Of a stretch of DNA of 64,000 nucleotides, positions 32,770-44,725 are shown piece by piece. The stretch comes from Pseudomonadota bacterium (GTDB lineage Bacteria > Pseudomonadota > Gammaproteobacteria > UBA5335), in the NCBI GenBank assembly GCA_034189165.1, contig JAXHVN010000024.1:19818-83817 (forward strand), in the 5' to 3' direction. The notes under the pieces are model-generated. The model ran no database searches and was not told where the DNA came from. It saw only the letters and a program-made list of their open reading frames with translations. Numbering within the stretch: the first letter of the stretch is position 1; every line of letters begins with the position of its first letter. The position numbers and the translations under genes were made by a program.

Positions 32770-34021
32770 GGCTGGCTCCGGATTTTTCCAGTTCGGCCTT
32801 CAGCAGATAGCTGTTGCCGGTGACGTATGCCGTGCCAGGGCGCAGCCCGGCCAGGACCTGCACGTGTTCGCCATCGGCGGGTCCGAGCGTCAGCACGCGC
32901 ACCTCGTACTGCTCGCCGATCCGGGCGAAGACGACGTCGAAGTCCCGCCAGCGCTGCAGCGCCCGCGCCTCCACCACCAGCGGCGCCTCGTGCACGGCGG
33001 TGACGACCTCGCCGCGCACGGCCATGCCCGGGCTCCAGGTGCCCGCGGCGTTGTCCAGCACCACGCGGGCGTGGCGGGCCGGGCCGGCCGTGCCGCCCGG
33101 GGCGAGATAGTCGATGCGCCCGCTCGCGGCCGGCCCGGCGCCGTGCAGGCGCACCGGCTGACCTACGGCGATGGCGTTGGCCTGGCTCGGGAAGACGGCG
33201 AGTTGCGCCCAGAGCGTGCCGAAGTCGGCGAGAATCAGCAGCGGCCCCGCGGTCACTTCGCCGGGATCGGCGAGCCGCTCGATGACGATGCCGTCCATGG
33301 GCGCGTGGAGCGCGTAGCTGCGCAGGCTCTGGTCGGCTTCGATCGTCGCCAGCCGCGCGCCGGCCCGCACCCGATCGCCTACCTGCACGGCGACCGACTG
33401 CACCACACCGGGGAAGCGCGCCCCCAGTCGGCGCACGCGCGCCGGATCGGGCTCGATATGCCCGTAGAACGTCAGCGTCTCGCGCACCACGCCCGGCCCG
33501 GCCCGTGCGGTGGTGATGCCGGCCTGCGCGGCGATGCGCGGCTCGATGCGCGTGCGGCCCTCGTGGCTGGCGTACGTCCAGTGGGCCCGCTGGCGGCCGA
33601 TCTGCACGGCGATCGAGACGTCGAAGGAGTGCGGTTCGGTCACCGGATCGGCGCTGCGCAGGTAAGTGGGCGCCGGCAGCAGGCGCAGCCGTTCCGGTGA
33701 CTCGCCCAGACGCGTCAGCGTAACCGTCGCCTCCAGGGCGCTCGGCGGTACCGGCTCGCCGGCCTCCCACGCATACAGGCGCAGCTCCGGCGGTACGCCC
33801 TGTTCGAACAGGGCGATCTCCACTGCGAGGTCGCCCTCGCGCAGCAGCCGCCCGCCATGTGGGCCTGTGGGCGCCTCGCCGCCGGTGCCGTCGGCCCCAA
33901 TGGCCCCGCCCCCGGTGGGCGTGTCAGTGCCGGCCGGTGCCTCGGGCGCGGGCTGGCAGCCGATGAGCAACAGCGTCAGCAGCACAAAGAAGGGGCCACA
34001 GGTCCGGCGGCTAGTGATCAT
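32759..34021 (-). CDS. czcB: Efflux RND periplasmic adaptor (CzcB-like)
   Basis: Lipoprotein-like signal (LLLIGC) and barrel-sandwich/beta-barrel MFP pattern. I chose the internal ATG at 34021, which overlaps the czcC stop. Confidence 0.8.
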
Positions 34022-35309
34022 GGGTCTGCTCCCGAAGGGTGGCCTCGGGCAGGTCGAGCAGCGGCGCGCCCGCCAGTCGTTCCAGTTCCACCCGGGTGGC
34101 GTGGGCGTGGGCAATGGCGTCGATCAGCTCGGCGCGGGCCTCCAGCAGCGCCTGCTGGGCGCTCGACCATTCCAGATAGCCATAGCGCCCGCGCAGGTAG
34201 GCCGCACGTGTTTCGGTCAGCGCCTGTTCGAGTTGCGGGATCACCTCACGGCGCAACATGCGCACCTGTTCAAGCGCGTGCAGGCGTTCCTGATAGATGC
34301 CATAGAGGGCGGTGCGCAGCTGCAGCAGGGCGGCCTCGCGGTCGAAGTCGACGGCGCGTGCCTGGGCCTCGGCGGCCAGCCGCTCGCCGGTGAGCCGGCG
34401 CGCCGGGAACAGCGGCACGGCGGCGCCGACGACCAGCGCGTTATCACCGGTCGTGCCCAGACGGCGGACGCCACCCGTCATACGCACCTCGCCGCGGCCG
34501 CGCGCCTGTGCCAGCGCCAGCTCCGCCTGCCACAGGCGGCCCTCGTCGGTGAAGCGGGTGATGTCGGGGTTGTCCACGACCGCGTCGAGCAGTGCCTGCA
34601 GGTCGCCCGGATCTCCCACGCTGGCGAAGGCCGCGGTGACATGGGGAAAGTCCGGCTCCAGCTCGCCCCAGGTGGCCGCGAGGGTCACGCGGGCCGCACG
34701 CAGCTCGTGTTCGGCGTGCTCTAGCTCGAGCCGGGACACGGCCAGCGCGGCTTGTGCCCGGGCACGCTCGGCCCCCGGCGAGCGGCCGGCCTGCACCAGT
34801 CGCTCGGTGGTCGCCAGGCGCTGGCGGGTCAGCTCGATCGCTTCCCGGGCCAGGTCCAGCCGCGTCTGGCTGGCGGCGACGGTGATGTAGCGTTGGGCGA
34901 CGCTGGCCAGCAGGTCCAGCACGGCAATGCGCTCGCCGGCCTCTGCCAGCGTGGTCCGGGCGTCTGCCAGGTCGATCCGCGCCTGGCGCTGGCCGCCCAG
35001 TTCCACCACGTGCGAGAGCGCGAGGGTGCGTTCCGAGCCGCCCGTGCCGCTGGCCTCGCCGGTGCCGAAGACGTTTTCCACTTCGGCGCCGAGGATGAGC
35101 GGTGGGCGCAGCGCGGCCGTATAGCGGCCGGCGGCCGTGGCTTCCCGCCGCCGTGCCAGCGCCTGCAGTGCCGGCTGCCCGGTCAGCGCCGCTTCCATGG
35201 CCGCGCGCAGCGTCAGCGGGGCAGCTGCCGGCGGCGGAGCCGCCAGCGCACCGGCGCAGGCGACGGCGGCAGCAGCCGTGGCTGCCAGCCGCGAGAATGT
35301 TGCAAGCAT
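34011..35309 (-). CDS. czcC: TolC-family outer membrane efflux protein (CzcC-like)
   Basis: Signal peptide and Ala/Leu/Arg-rich coiled repeats typical of OMF proteins. First gene of the czc cluster. Confidence 0.8.
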   Translation of the reverse strand: MLATFSRLAATAAAAVACAGALAAPPPAAAPLTLRAAMEAALTGQPALQALARRREATAAGRYTAALRPPLILGAEVENVFGTGEASGTGGSERTLALSHVVELGGQRQARIDLADARTTLAEAGERIAVLDLLASVAQRYITVAASQTRLDLAREAIELTRQRLATTERLVQAGRSPGAERARAQAALAVSRLELEHAEHELRAARVTLAATWGELEPDFPHVTAAFASVGDPGDLQALLDAVVDNPDITRFTDEGRLWQAELALAQARGRGEVRMTGGVRRLGTTGDNALVVGAAVPLFPARRLTGERLAAEAQARAVDFDREAALLQLRTALYGIYQERLHALEQVRMLRREVIPQLEQALTETRAAYLRGRYGYLEWSSAQQALLEARAELIDAIAHAHATRVELERLAGAPLLDLPEATLREQTHDH

Positions 35310-35449
35310 CGGGGAGATCCCTGTTCCGGTCCGGGCCGGCCAGAGCCGGCAAGAGCCACGCGGGCTGGCGATGCGCCCGGCATGGGGTTCGGCGGTGAGC
35401 AACCGCCGGTGCCAGGCCGAGGCGTGCCGCTGCTGCGCGGCGAGGCAGT

Positions 35450-35833
35450 TCAGACCGGAGTGGGCGGGGCTCGCAGGGGGGGGCGCAGCGCGCCCGGCAG
35501 GGATCTTGGCGGTTGCGGGCGATGCGCGGGCGCCGGCAGGCGCTGCGGCCCGATGAGCAGCAGCACGGCGAGCAGGAGCAGGCCGAGCGGCGGCAGATCG
35601 GCATCGGCGAGCTTGGTCAGCACGGTGGCTTGAATGTCGAGCTGGCCGCTGGAATCACGCTCGGAGGGATCCGCCGGATCATGGGCGTGGCCGCCGAGCA
35701 GGTCGGAGTGCACCGGCGAGGTGCCGCCGGCCGCCACGGCAGGGTCAAGCGGCCCGAAGTGCAGGTGCACCCCGAGCACCCGGGTGGCGATCAACACGGC
35801 GATCGCACAGACGATCCACAACCGGCGGCTCAT
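35450..35833 (-). CDS. Small His-rich membrane protein upstream of czcC (hypothetical)
   Basis: 127 aa with an N-terminal TM helix, His-rich segments (HLHFGP, HSDLLGGHAHDP), a second TM helix and a Pro/Arg-rich tail. Confidence 0.4.
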   Translation of the reverse strand: MSRRLWIVCAIAVLIATRVLGVHLHFGPLDPAVAAGGTSPVHSDLLGGHAHDPADPSERDSSGQLDIQATVLTKLADADLPPLGLLLLAVLLLIGPQRLPAPAHRPQPPRSLPGALRPPLRAPPTPV

Positions 35834-35973
35834 GGGCAGCGAGCATAGCCGCGGCCGACGGGGCGGTCCACCGCCGCCGTCGGTCGGCTTGACCTGCGTC
35901 AGATAACAGACGCCAGGGCACTGACGGGGCCGGCGACGGTCCTAGCCGCGACACCTCACGGAGTGGGCAAGGC

Positions 35974-37302
35974 ATGCATTGGCTGCAACGACTGACGGCG
36001 CGCGGACGCAGCGCGCTGGACGCCTTGCGGGGCAGCTACTGGTTCCTCCCGGCCGTGATGACCTCGCTTGCCGGCCTCGCCGCGCTCGCGCTGGTGCGGC
36101 TGAATGTGTCGCTCTCGCTCGATGGGCCGCTGAGCTGGCTGATCCTGACCGATGCCGACGCGGCGCGGGCGGTCCTGTCGGTGATCGCCGGTTCGATGGT
36201 GACCGTCACTGGCCTGGTGTTCTCGATCAACATCGTCGCCCTGACCCTGGCCTCGACCCAGTTCGGCCCGCGGCTGTTGCGCACCTTCCTGCGCGATCGG
36301 GTCAATCAGCTGGTGTTCGGCGCTTTTACCGGCACGTTTCTCTACAGCCTGATCGTACTGATGGCCGTGACCGATCAGGGCGTACCGCGGCTGGCCAGCG
36401 CGCTCGCCGTGGCGCTGGCAGTGCTGAGCCTGTTCGTGTTGATCTACTTCATCCACCACACCGTGACCTCGATCCAGGCCTCCAGCGTGATCGCCGGCGT
36501 GGCGGCGGAGCTGCAGCGCCAGCTGACCGAGCTGTTTCCCGAGCGGCTGGGACAGGCTGCGCAGGACAGCGGACCGGACGCCGTGGCCGGCTTCATTCAG
36601 GCACTGGCGGACGACGGCGTGGCGCTGCGGGCGCCGGGCGATGGGTTCATTCGGGTGATCGACCAGCGGGCCCTGTCCACGCTGGTCGACAGCCATGATC
36701 TGCAGCTGCTGCTGACGGCGCGGCCGGGGGATTTCGTCGCGGCCGGCATGGTACTGGGTCGGGTCGGTCCGGCGGCGGCGGTCGATGCGCGTCTGTGCAA
36801 GGAACTGGCGGGACTGTTCGTGCTGGGCGGCCAGCGCAGCGCCGTGCAGGATCTGGCGTTCCTGATCGATCAGCTGACCGAGGTCGCGGCGCGGGCGCTC
36901 TCGCCTGGCGTCAATGACCCGCGTACCGCCAGTGCCTGCACGCAGCAGCTGGGGGCGGTGCTGTGTGCGGTCGCCGACCGGCACATGCCGGCCGGGGCAC
37001 GGGCGGACGAGGCCGGCCGGCTGCGGGTGGTGGCGCCGGCGCTGACGTTCGAGCGCATCGCCGCCCTGGCGCTCGATCCCATCCGCCAGTACGGCGCCGA
37101 ACATCCCGAAGTGGTGCTGACCGTATTCGAGGTGCTGCGCCGTGTGGGCGATTGCTGTCCGGCGCCGGTGCGCCGCCGCCTCCTGCGCGAGCACCTGGAA
37201 GCCTTTCACGATGCCTTCGGGCGTAGCCCGGCTGCCGCCGCGGCGACGGATGCGGCGCGGGTGCAGGAGGCGTTCGAGCAGGCGCGCGACGCGCTGGGCT
37301 GA
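35974..37302 (+). CDS. DUF2254 domain membrane protein
   Basis: 442 aa. The N-terminal 4-TM region begins SYWFLPAVM and is followed by a large soluble domain, which is typical DUF2254 architecture. Confidence 0.6.
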   Translation: MHWLQRLTARGRSALDALRGSYWFLPAVMTSLAGLAALALVRLNVSLSLDGPLSWLILTDADAARAVLSVIAGSMVTVTGLVFSINIVALTLASTQFGPRLLRTFLRDRVNQLVFGAFTGTFLYSLIVLMAVTDQGVPRLASALAVALAVLSLFVLIYFIHHTVTSIQASSVIAGVAAELQRQLTELFPERLGQAAQDSGPDAVAGFIQALADDGVALRAPGDGFIRVIDQRALSTLVDSHDLQLLLTARPGDFVAAGMVLGRVGPAAAVDARLCKELAGLFVLGGQRSAVQDLAFLIDQLTEVAARALSPGVNDPRTASACTQQLGAVLCAVADRHMPAGARADEAGRLRVVAPALTFERIAALALDPIRQYGAEHPEVVLTVFEVLRRVGDCCPAPVRRRLLREHLEAFHDAFGRSPAAAAATDAARVQEAFEQARDALG

Positions 37303-37326
37303 GCCAGCGCATCGCCGCGGCGGTGA

Positions 37327-37779
37327 TCAACCCAGGCGCTGCAACTCCGCCTCGATCCACGCCTTGTGCCGATGTTCGTCCGCCTGCGCGTCGTCGATCA
37401 CGGCCTTGAGCTCATCGTCCAGATCGTCCCGCTCGGCAGCACGATCGTAGGCGGTAGTGGTGTCCTCTTCGTTGCTCTTCATCGCCCGCAGGATGCCCTT
37501 GTCGCCCATCAGCTCGCCGATGGCGACCTTGCCCTGCGTCAGGAAGCGCTTCATGTCGCCGCTTTTCGGCACCTCGATGCCGCGGGCGGTACCGATGCGG
37601 CTGAGTGCCTCGATGTGGCGTTCGTGATCGGCCTTGAAGTCGCCCAGTCGCTGCTTGCGCTCGGCCGCTTCCAACCGCTCGATCGCCGCGGCGTAGGCGT
37701 CGATTGCGTCGTGATCCAGGTAAATCAGGTTGCGAATGAGGGTGGTGGTGTCGTCTTCGGTGCCGATCGTGGTGGCCAT
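37327..37779 (-). CDS. Ferritin-like four-helix-bundle protein (family assignment tentative)
   Basis: 150 aa, helical and acidic, with repeated E/H-containing helices (DAYAAAIERLE...ADHERHIE...ADEHRHKAWIE). Confidence 0.5.
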   Translation of the reverse strand: MATTIGTEDDTTTLIRNLIYLDHDAIDAYAAAIERLEAAERKQRLGDFKADHERHIEALSRIGTARGIEVPKSGDMKRFLTQGKVAIGELMGDKGILRAMKSNEEDTTTAYDRAAERDDLDDELKAVIDDAQADEHRHKAWIEAELQRLG

Positions 37780-37866
37780 GGTCGCGAAACTCCGCTGAGG
37801 GCGCCTGCTGGCGCGTTGAGGCTCAACGGTTGGACCATGCCGGCGACGCAGGTTCCCGCCGGGCGC

Positions 37867-38874
37867 TCAGGCCTCGCCGGCCAGCAGGGCGTGGATCTCG
37901 GCGGTGATCTCGTAGGAGCGCCGGCGCGCGGCGTGGTCGTGGATCTGCGAGGTGATGATCAGCTCGTCCGGACGGGCCGCGGCGATGAACTCGCGCAGCC
38001 GACGCCGCACCGTGTCCGGTGCGCCGATGGCGCTGGCGGCCATGATCTGGCCCAGCAGCGCCCGCTCGGGGGCGGGCAGCCGCTCCAGAAAGTCCGGTAC
38101 CGGCGCCGGCAGCCGGTCCGGCCGGCCTCGCCGCAGCGCCAGGAAGGCCTGCGCCATCGAGCTGGCCAGCAGTCTCGCCTCCGCATCGCTCGGCGCCGCG
38201 AAGACGTTGTAGCCGAGCATGACGTAGGGCGCGGCCAGCTGGGCAGATGGCCGGAAGCGCCGCCGGTACAGGGCGATGGCCTCGTGCAGCTGCGCCGGCG
38301 CGAAGTGGGAGGCGAAGGCGTAGGGCAGGCCCAGGGCGGCCGCCAGCTCGGCGCCGAACAGGCTCGAGCCGAGGATCCAGACCGGCACGTTCGTTCCCTC
38401 GCCGGGAATGGCGCGGATCGCGCCGTCGGCGGCGGCCGGACCGAGGTAACCGAGCAGCTCGGTCACATCCTGCGGAAAGCGCTCGGCACTGGCCAGCAGG
38501 TCGCGCCGCAGCGCCCGCGCCGTCGCCTGGTCGGTGCCCGGCGCGCGGCCGAGCCCGAGGTCGATCCGCCCGGGGAACAGGCTCGCCAGCGTGCCGAACT
38601 GCTCGGCGATCACCAGGGGCGCATGGTTGGGCAGCATGATGCCGCCGGCGCCGACGCGCAGGCGTTCGGTGGCTGCCGCTACCCGGCCGATCACCACGGC
38701 CGTGGCGGCGCTCGCGATGCCGGGCATGCCGTGGTGCTCGGCCAGCCAGTAGCGCGTGAAACCCAGCTCTTCGGCGTGCCGGGCGAGATCCACGGTATTG
38801 GCCAGGGCCTGCGCGGCGTCAGCGCCTTCCGGGACCGGCGCGAGATCGAGAACGGAGAAGGGAATCATGGCCAT
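37867..38874 (-). CDS. LLM-class flavin-dependent oxidoreductase (YhbW/MsnO8-like)
   Basis: [11 protein letters not shown]...[14 protein letters not shown]...[11 protein letters not shown] is the luciferase-like monooxygenase pattern. The start is either 38874 or 38868. Confidence 0.8.
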   Translation of the reverse strand: MAMIPFSVLDLAPVPEGADAAQALANTVDLARHAEELGFTRYWLAEHHGMPGIASAATAVVIGRVAAATERLRVGAGGIMLPNHAPLVIAEQFGTLASLFPGRIDLGLGRAPGTDQATARALRRDLLASAERFPQDVTELLGYLGPAAADGAIRAIPGEGTNVPVWILGSSLFGAELAAALGLPYAFASHFAPAQLHEAIALYRRRFRPSAQLAAPYVMLGYNVFAAPSDAEARLLASSMAQAFLALRRGRPDRLPAPVPDFLERLPAPERALLGQIMAASAIGAPDTVRRRLREFIAAARPDELIITSQIHDHAARRRSYEITAEIHALLAGEA

Positions 38875-39104
38875 GAGGTGAGGGCGGACGGCAGCCGGAT
38901 CAAGGCGTGGCGCGGCGTGCGCCAGTGTCCCGACGCCGGGCCGTCGCCGCCGCCATTCCGGCCCCGGCAGGCTCACCCTGCCGGAGCCCCGACACCTGGC
39001 GGGCCGACGATCGGCGGCGCCAGACCTGCCCTGGATCAAGCCGAGGCGGCGTTGCTGGCATATCCTTGTGACGGCCGGAGGCGGAGTGTGACCGGAATTT
39101 CAGC

Positions 39105-39788
39105 ATGGCGAGAAGAACCAAGGACGAGGCGGAGGCAACGCGGGAACGGATTCTCGAGGCCGCCGAGCGGGTATTCCTGCAGCGCGGCGTGGCGCGCACG
39201 ACGCTGGAGAACATCGCCTGCACCGCGGGCGTCACACGCGGCGCCATCTACTGGCATTTCCACAACAAGCTGGAAGTGTTCGAGGCGGTGCTCGATCGTG
39301 TGCAGCAGCCGATGTTCGCCTCGCTGATCGGTCTGCCGGACGAGCAGGAGGCCAGCCCCCTGGAGGCACTGCACCGGCTCTGTGCCTGCGCCTTCCGTCT
39401 GCTGACCACGGATGCCCGCTATCAGCGTGTCTACACCATCTTCTATCACCGCTGTGAGTTCGCGCCGGAATTGGCCGATTCGCTGCGCCAGCGGGCGGAG
39501 GCCGTGGAGCAGATCCTGCGCGCGCTGGAGCGCTACTTCGCCCGGCCGCACAACCGCGCCCGCCTGCGTCCCGGCCTGACACCGGCGCTGGCAGCGCGGA
39601 TGGTGCACGTGTACGTGTCCGGCCTGCGCTACGACTGGCTGCGTGCGCCGGCCAGCTTCGACCTGCCGGCGCACTGGGAGGCACTGCTCGATGCCTTCTT
39701 CGCCGGCCTGGTCACGCCGGCAGTGGCGCAGCCGGTGCCGGACGCGGCCGCCCCGGCCGAGCCCGAACGCCGCGCCGCCCGGCGCTAG
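39105..39788 (+). CDS. TetR/AcrR family transcriptional regulator
   Basis: N-terminal HTH ([40 protein letters not shown]). Confidence 0.85.
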   Translation: MARRTKDEAEATRERILEAAERVFLQRGVARTTLENIACTAGVTRGAIYWHFHNKLEVFEAVLDRVQQPMFASLIGLPDEQEASPLEALHRLCACAFRLLTTDARYQRVYTIFYHRCEFAPELADSLRQRAEAVEQILRALERYFARPHNRARLRPGLTPALAARMVHVYVSGLRYDWLRAPASFDLPAHWEALLDAFFAGLVTPAVAQPVPDAAAPAEPERRAARR

Positions 39789-42700
39789 CGGCCGCCCTCG
39801 CCGCCGGGAGCGGCCGAGCGATCCTCGGCCTCGGCCGCCCGGCGCTTGCCGCCGAACCGTTCGCTCGCCGCCTCGATCAGGCGATAGAACAGCGGCACGA
39901 AGATGATCGCCAGCAGCGTCGCCCCCAGCATGCCGCCGATCACGCCGGTGCCGATGGAGTGCCGGCTGCCGGCGCCGGCGCCGGAGGCGAGCGCCAGCGG
40001 CACCACGCCCATGATGAACGCCAGCGACGTCATGATGATCGGCCTGAATCGCAGCCGCGCCGCCTCCACCGCCGCGTCCCAGGCGTTCTTGCCGGACTGG
40101 CGGCTGAGCACGGCGAACTCGACGATCAGGATCGCGTTCTTCGCCGCCAGTCCGATCAGCACCAGCAGGCCCACCTGGAAGTACAGGTCCACGTTCAGCC
40201 CGCGCAGCCAGATCGCGAGAATGGCACCGAACACGGCGAAGGGCACTGCCGTCACCACCGCGAGCGGCAGCGCCCAGCGCTCGTACTGGGCGGCGAGGAT
40301 CAGGAACACCATGACGATGCCGAAGACGAACGCCAGCTGGCCGCTGCCGCTGGCCTCGATCTCCTGATAGGCGGCGCCGGTCCAGCCGAGCTGGTAGTCC
40401 TCGTCCAGCGTCTGCGCAGCGACCGCCTGCATGGCCGCGATCGCCTGACCGGAGCTGTAGCCGGGTGCGGGATCCCCCATGATCTTGGCCGCCGGAAACA
40501 CGTTGAAGCGGTCGATCAGGTCCGGCCCGCGGGCGCGCTCCGCGCTCACCAGCGAGGCGACGGGGATCATCTGGCCGCCGGCCGAGCGGACGAAGACATC
40601 ACGCAGATCGCCGGCTTCCTCGCGGAATTCCGCCTCCGACTGCACGTTGACCTGATAGTTGCGGCCGAACAGGGTGAAGTCGTTGACGTACAGCGAGCCG
40701 AAGGTGCTCTGCAGCGTCTCGTAGACCATGTCGATCGGTACGCCCAGCGCCCGCGCCTTCTCCCGGTTGACCACCAGGCGATAGTTCGGCACCTGGGTGC
40801 TCAGCGTGCTGCGCACCCGGGTGAGCTCGGGCCGGCCGTTCGCCGCCTGCACCAGCTTGCCGGCGGTGGCCTCGATCTCGGCGGCCGGCGCCGCGGCGCG
40901 GCTCTGCAGGTAGGCCTCGAAGCCGCCGGTGGTGGAAATGCCGGTGATCGGCGGCGGGTTGAACGCGAGCACGTTCGCCTCGGGAATGCCGGCGCCGATG
41001 CCCATCACCGCGTCGGCGTAGCTCTGCGCGTCCTGCCCCGGCGCGGTGCGCTCGTGCCAGTCGGTCAGCGTGATGAACGAGGCGCCGGCATAGCTCTTCA
41101 GCGCGCCGGCCAGCAGATCGTAGCCGGCGAAGCTGGTCATGCCGCGCACCATGTCGTCCTCGACGACCTGTTCGGTGAACTCCTGCACGGCGGCCTGGGT
41201 GCGATTGAGCGAGGCGGCGGCCGGCAGCTGGGTCACGGCGATCACATAGCCTTGATCCTCCGGCGGCACCAGGCCGGTCGGCACCCGTGCGAACAGCGCC
41301 ACGGTCAGCGCGATCAGGCCGGCAAACAGCACCGTACCCAGCACCGCACGGCCGAGCAGGAAGCGCACGCTGGCGAGATAGCCGCCGGTCAGCGCGTCGA
41401 AGGCGCGGTTGAACCAGCGGAATGGCGCCCAGGGCTCGCCGTGCGTCGGCTTGAGGATCAGGGCGCACAGCGCCGGCGTGAGGGTGAGGGCGACGATGCC
41501 GGAGATGACCACCGAGACGGCGATGGTGATGGCGAACTGCCGATACATCACGCCGGTGAGTCCACCGAGAAAGCCGACCGGCACGAACACCGCGACCAGC
41601 ACCAGCACGATCGCGATCACCGGCCCTGTGACCTCCTGCATCGCCTTGATCGCCGCCTCGCGTGGTCCGAGGCCTTGCTCGCGCATGATGCGCTCGACGT
41701 TCTCCAGCACCACGATGGCGTCGTCCACCACGATGCCGATCGCCAGGATCATGCCGAACAGCGTCAGCAGGTTGATCGAGAAGCCCAGCAGATACATGCC
41801 GGCGAAGGTGCCGACCAGCGAGACCGGGATCGCCAGCAGCGGGATCAGCGTCGCGCGTACGTTCTGCAGGAACAGGAAGACCACCACCACGACCAGCACC
41901 AGCGCCTCGATGAAGGTGTGCACCACCTCCTCGATGGACACTTCCACGAAGCGGGTGGTCGTGAACGGGATGGTGTATTCCAGCCCGGGCGGGAAGCGCG
42001 CCGCCAGCGCCTGCATCTGTGTCCGGACGGCCTGGGTCGTGTCCAGGGCGTTGGCGCCGGGCTGCAGGTAGAGCGCGATCGGCACGGCCGGCTCGCCGTT
42101 GAAGGTGCCGGAGAACTGGTAGGTCTGGGCGCCGAGCTCGACGCGGGCGATGTCCTTCAGGCGCAGCGCCGAGCCGTCCGGATTGGCGCGCACGATGATC
42201 TCGCGGAACTGCTCGACGTCCGAGAAGCGGCCTTCGGTGGTCACGGTGTAGGTGAAGGCGACCTGCTCACCCATCGGCGGCGCGCCGATGCTGCCGGCGG
42301 CGGCCTGCGTGTTCTGCTCGCGCAGCACGGCGGCGATGTCGCTCGGGGTGAGGCCGTACTGCGCGAGCTTGTCCGGCTGCAGCCAGACGCGCATGGAATA
42401 GTTGGCGGCGCCGAACAGCTGCGCATCGCCCACACCGGGAATGCGCTTGAGCTGGTCGATGATGCTGACCAGCGCGTAGTTGCTCATGAACAGCCGGTCG
42501 TAGCGCCCGTCGGGCGAGGTCAGCGTCACCAGCGCCAGGATGGAGCTGGAGCGCTTCTGCACCGTCACGCCCTGCTGGCGCACCTGGTCCGGTACGCGCG
42601 GCAGGGCCGCCTGCACCCGGTTGTTGACATCGATGGTGGCCTGGTCGGGGTCGCTGCCGATGTCGAAGAACACCGACATGCGCATGGTGCCGGCATCCGA

Positions 42701-42949
42701 ACTGGTCGAGCGCATGTAGATCATGTTCTCGACGCCGTTGACCTGCTGCTCGATCGGCGCGGCGACCGTCTCGGAGATGGTTTGTGCGCTGGCGCCCGGG
42801 TAGCGCGCGTCCACCACCACTTCGGGTGGCACGATCTCCGGGTACTGCTCGATCGGCAGTGTGGTCATCGCGCCGAGGCCGGCCAGCACGATCACGATCG
42901 AGAGCACCGTGGCGAACACGGGCCGGTCGATGAAGAACCGGGAGATCAT
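39785..42949 (-). CDS. Multidrug efflux RND transporter permease (AcrB/MexB-like, HAE1)
   Basis: 1054 aa. [24 protein letters not shown] start and 12-TM RND architecture. Confidence 0.9.
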   Translation of the reverse strand: MISRFFIDRPVFATVLSIVIVLAGLGAMTTLPIEQYPEIVPPEVVVDARYPGASAQTISETVAAPIEQQVNGVENMIYMRSTSSDAGTMRMSVFFDIGSDPDQATIDVNNRVQAALPRVPDQVRQQGVTVQKRSSSILALVTLTSPDGRYDRLFMSNYALVSIIDQLKRIPGVGDAQLFGAANYSMRVWLQPDKLAQYGLTPSDIAAVLREQNTQAAAGSIGAPPMGEQVAFTYTVTTEGRFSDVEQFREIIVRANPDGSALRLKDIARVELGAQTYQFSGTFNGEPAVPIALYLQPGANALDTTQAVRTQMQALAARFPPGLEYTIPFTTTRFVEVSIEEVVHTFIEALVLVVVVVFLFLQNVRATLIPLLAIPVSLVGTFAGMYLLGFSINLLTLFGMILAIGIVVDDAIVVLENVERIMREQGLGPREAAIKAMQEVTGPVIAIVLVLVAVFVPVGFLGGLTGVMYRQFAITIAVSVVISGIVALTLTPALCALILKPTHGEPWAPFRWFNRAFDALTGGYLASVRFLLGRAVLGTVLFAGLIALTVALFARVPTGLVPPEDQGYVIAVTQLPAAASLNRTQAAVQEFTEQVVEDDMVRGMTSFAGYDLLAGALKSYAGASFITLTDWHERTAPGQDAQSYADAVMGIGAGIPEANVLAFNPPPITGISTTGGFEAYLQSRAAAPAAEIEATAGKLVQAANGRPELTRVRSTLSTQVPNYRLVVNREKARALGVPIDMVYETLQSTFGSLYVNDFTLFGRNYQVNVQSEAEFREEAGDLRDVFVRSAGGQMIPVASLVSAERARGPDLIDRFNVFPAAKIMGDPAPGYSSGQAIAAMQAVAAQTLDEDYQLGWTGAAYQEIEASGSGQLAFVFGIVMVFLILAAQYERWALPLAVVTAVPFAVFGAILAIWLRGLNVDLYFQVGLLVLIGLAAKNAILIVEFAVLSRQSGKNAWDAAVEAARLRFRPIIMTSLAFIMGVVPLALASGAGAGSRHSIGTGVIGGMLGATLLAIIFVPLFYRLIEAASERFGGKRRAAEAEDRSAAPGGEGGR

Positions 42950-44205
42950 TGGGCGCCCGCCGTCTCGGCCGGCTGCGGCGCGGCCGGTGCCGCCGTCGCG
43001 ACCTCCGGCGCATCGGCTGCGGCGTCGCGCGGCGCCAGGGCCCGGCCCGGCTGCACGCCGGCCAGCCCGCCGACCACCACCTGCTCGCCACCGCGCAGGC
43101 CGGCGGTGACGATCACCTCGCCGTCGTCCAGCTGCTGGCCCACGCTCACCGGCTGGGCGGCGGCCCGCTGGTGCTCATCGACCAGGTAGACCACCTCACC
43201 CTGCGGCCCCTCCACCAGCGCGGTGGCCGGTAGGGTGATCGCGTTCTCGACCGGCGCGCCGGCCAGGACCACACGCAGGAATTGGCCCGGCATCAGCAGG
43301 CCCGTGGGGTTCGGGAACAGTGCCCGCGCCTGCACGGTGCCGGTGTCGGCATCCACGTTCGGCGCGATGTAGTCCACCCGCCCGCGCTGCGGGTAGGGCG
43401 TGTCGTCCGGCAGCAGCACCTGCAGCGTCTGCTCGCCCGCCGGCGTCGGCACACCGGCGACCACCGTCAGCTCGCGCCGGCGTTCGGCCGCGTCGGCTTC
43501 CGGCAGGGAAAACAGCACGTGCAGCGGATCGAGCTGGCGCACGGTGGTCAGCAGGTCGCCCGGCGTCACGAGATTGCCCTCCGAGACCGCGCGCTGACCG
43601 GCCACCCCGTCGATCGGCGCCGTCACCCGCGTGTAGCCGAGATCGATGCGTGCGGCGCGCAGCCCCGCCTCGGCCCGCGCCTGTTCCGCCCGCCCGAGGT
43701 CCACGGCCGACCGCGCCTGATCGTACTGACGCTCGCTGACGTACTTGTCTTTATAGAGGGTCTGGATTTGCTTCCACTCGCGCTGCGCCTGGGCCAGCTG
43801 CGCCTTCGCCCGTTCCAGCTCGGCCTCGGCCTGCTGTACGCGGGCCTCGTAGGGCGCGCGCTCGATCTGGAACAGCACGGCGCCGGCCTTCACCCAGCTG
43901 CCTTCCTCGTAGCGGCGCGCCACGATCTCGCCTTCCACCCGTGCCCGCACGTCGGCTTCCTGCTCGGCCCGGGCCCGGGCCGGATACGTGCGCTGTGGCA
44001 CCACGGTGCGCGCAGTCACGCGCCGCACCTCCACCTGTGCCGGCGGCGGTTCAGCCGACTGCCGGGCCTCCTGCTCCTGCTGGGCCTCCCCTTGATTGCA
44101 GCCGGCCAGCAGGCCGGCCAGCATCACGCTCGCCAGCAGGCCGAGGCCGAGGCGATAGCTCCGGAGTGCGGATCGGGGAGAGATCGAAGGGGCAGGATGT
44201 GTCAT
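42946..44205 (-). CDS. Efflux RND periplasmic adaptor (AcrA/MexA-like lipoprotein)
   Basis: Lipobox LLAGC and MFP pattern. Its stop overlaps the acrB-like start (ATGA). I chose the internal ATG at 44205. Confidence 0.85.
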   Translation of the reverse strand: MTHPAPSISPRSALRSYRLGLGLLASVMLAGLLAGCNQGEAQQEQEARQSAEPPPAQVEVRRVTARTVVPQRTYPARARAEQEADVRARVEGEIVARRYEEGSWVKAGAVLFQIERAPYEARVQQAEAELERAKAQLAQAQREWKQIQTLYKDKYVSERQYDQARSAVDLGRAEQARAEAGLRAARIDLGYTRVTAPIDGVAGQRAVSEGNLVTPGDLLTTVRQLDPLHVLFSLPEADAAERRRELTVVAGVPTPAGEQTLQVLLPDDTPYPQRGRVDYIAPNVDADTGTVQARALFPNPTGLLMPGQFLRVVLAGAPVENAITLPATALVEGPQGEVVYLVDEHQRAAAQPVSVGQQLDDGEVIVTAGLRGGEQVVVGGLAGVQPGRALAPRDAAADAPEVATAAPAAPQPAETAGAQ

Positions 44206-44242
44206 GAACTGGTGCCGGCAGGAGGGGGAATCCAGCGGGCCA

Positions 44243-44288
44243 TTCTGACATACAGCCGTGTACGTATATACGGCCAGGATATGACAGT
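44243..44288. promoter_or_regulatory. Imperfect dyad upstream of the acrA-like gene (candidate operator/promoter)
   Basis: CTGACATA...CGTATATACG...TATGACAG, with a perfect 10-bp palindrome CGTATATACG at 44263..44272, 58-67 nt upstream of the ATG. Confidence 0.35.
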
Positions 44289-44725
44289 CGCCCGCCGGGG
44301 CGGACGTTCGGCGCCGGATGCGGTTTGGTGCACGGCGTTGGACCCGGCGGCTCGGGAGGGAGTTCGGGGGCATGTGACGGACGCCCGGCGAGCGCCCTCC
44401 GGGGCGCTCGCGCCGTGGTGATGGCGCGAGGGGTGCGAGCCGCCGTTCAATCGATCCGCCTGGGGCGCGGCCGGCCGTTGTAGCAGTCCGCGCGAGCCGA
44501 ACTCGGCGGGCCGATGGGGAATCTGCCGGTGCCCGCTCGCGGACCGGGAAGACTCGCGGCAGGGTCGGCGAGCGGTCGTCCCGGCGCCGCCAGGCGGGAG
44601 CGCTGTGGGTTCAGCGCTTCAGCAGTGCGCCCTCGTGAGCTTCCATCCGGCTCGGTCGGCCGTGCCGACGGCCGATGCCGATGGCACGGTCGGCCCGCGC
44701 CGGCCCGCCGGCATTGCCCGACCGC

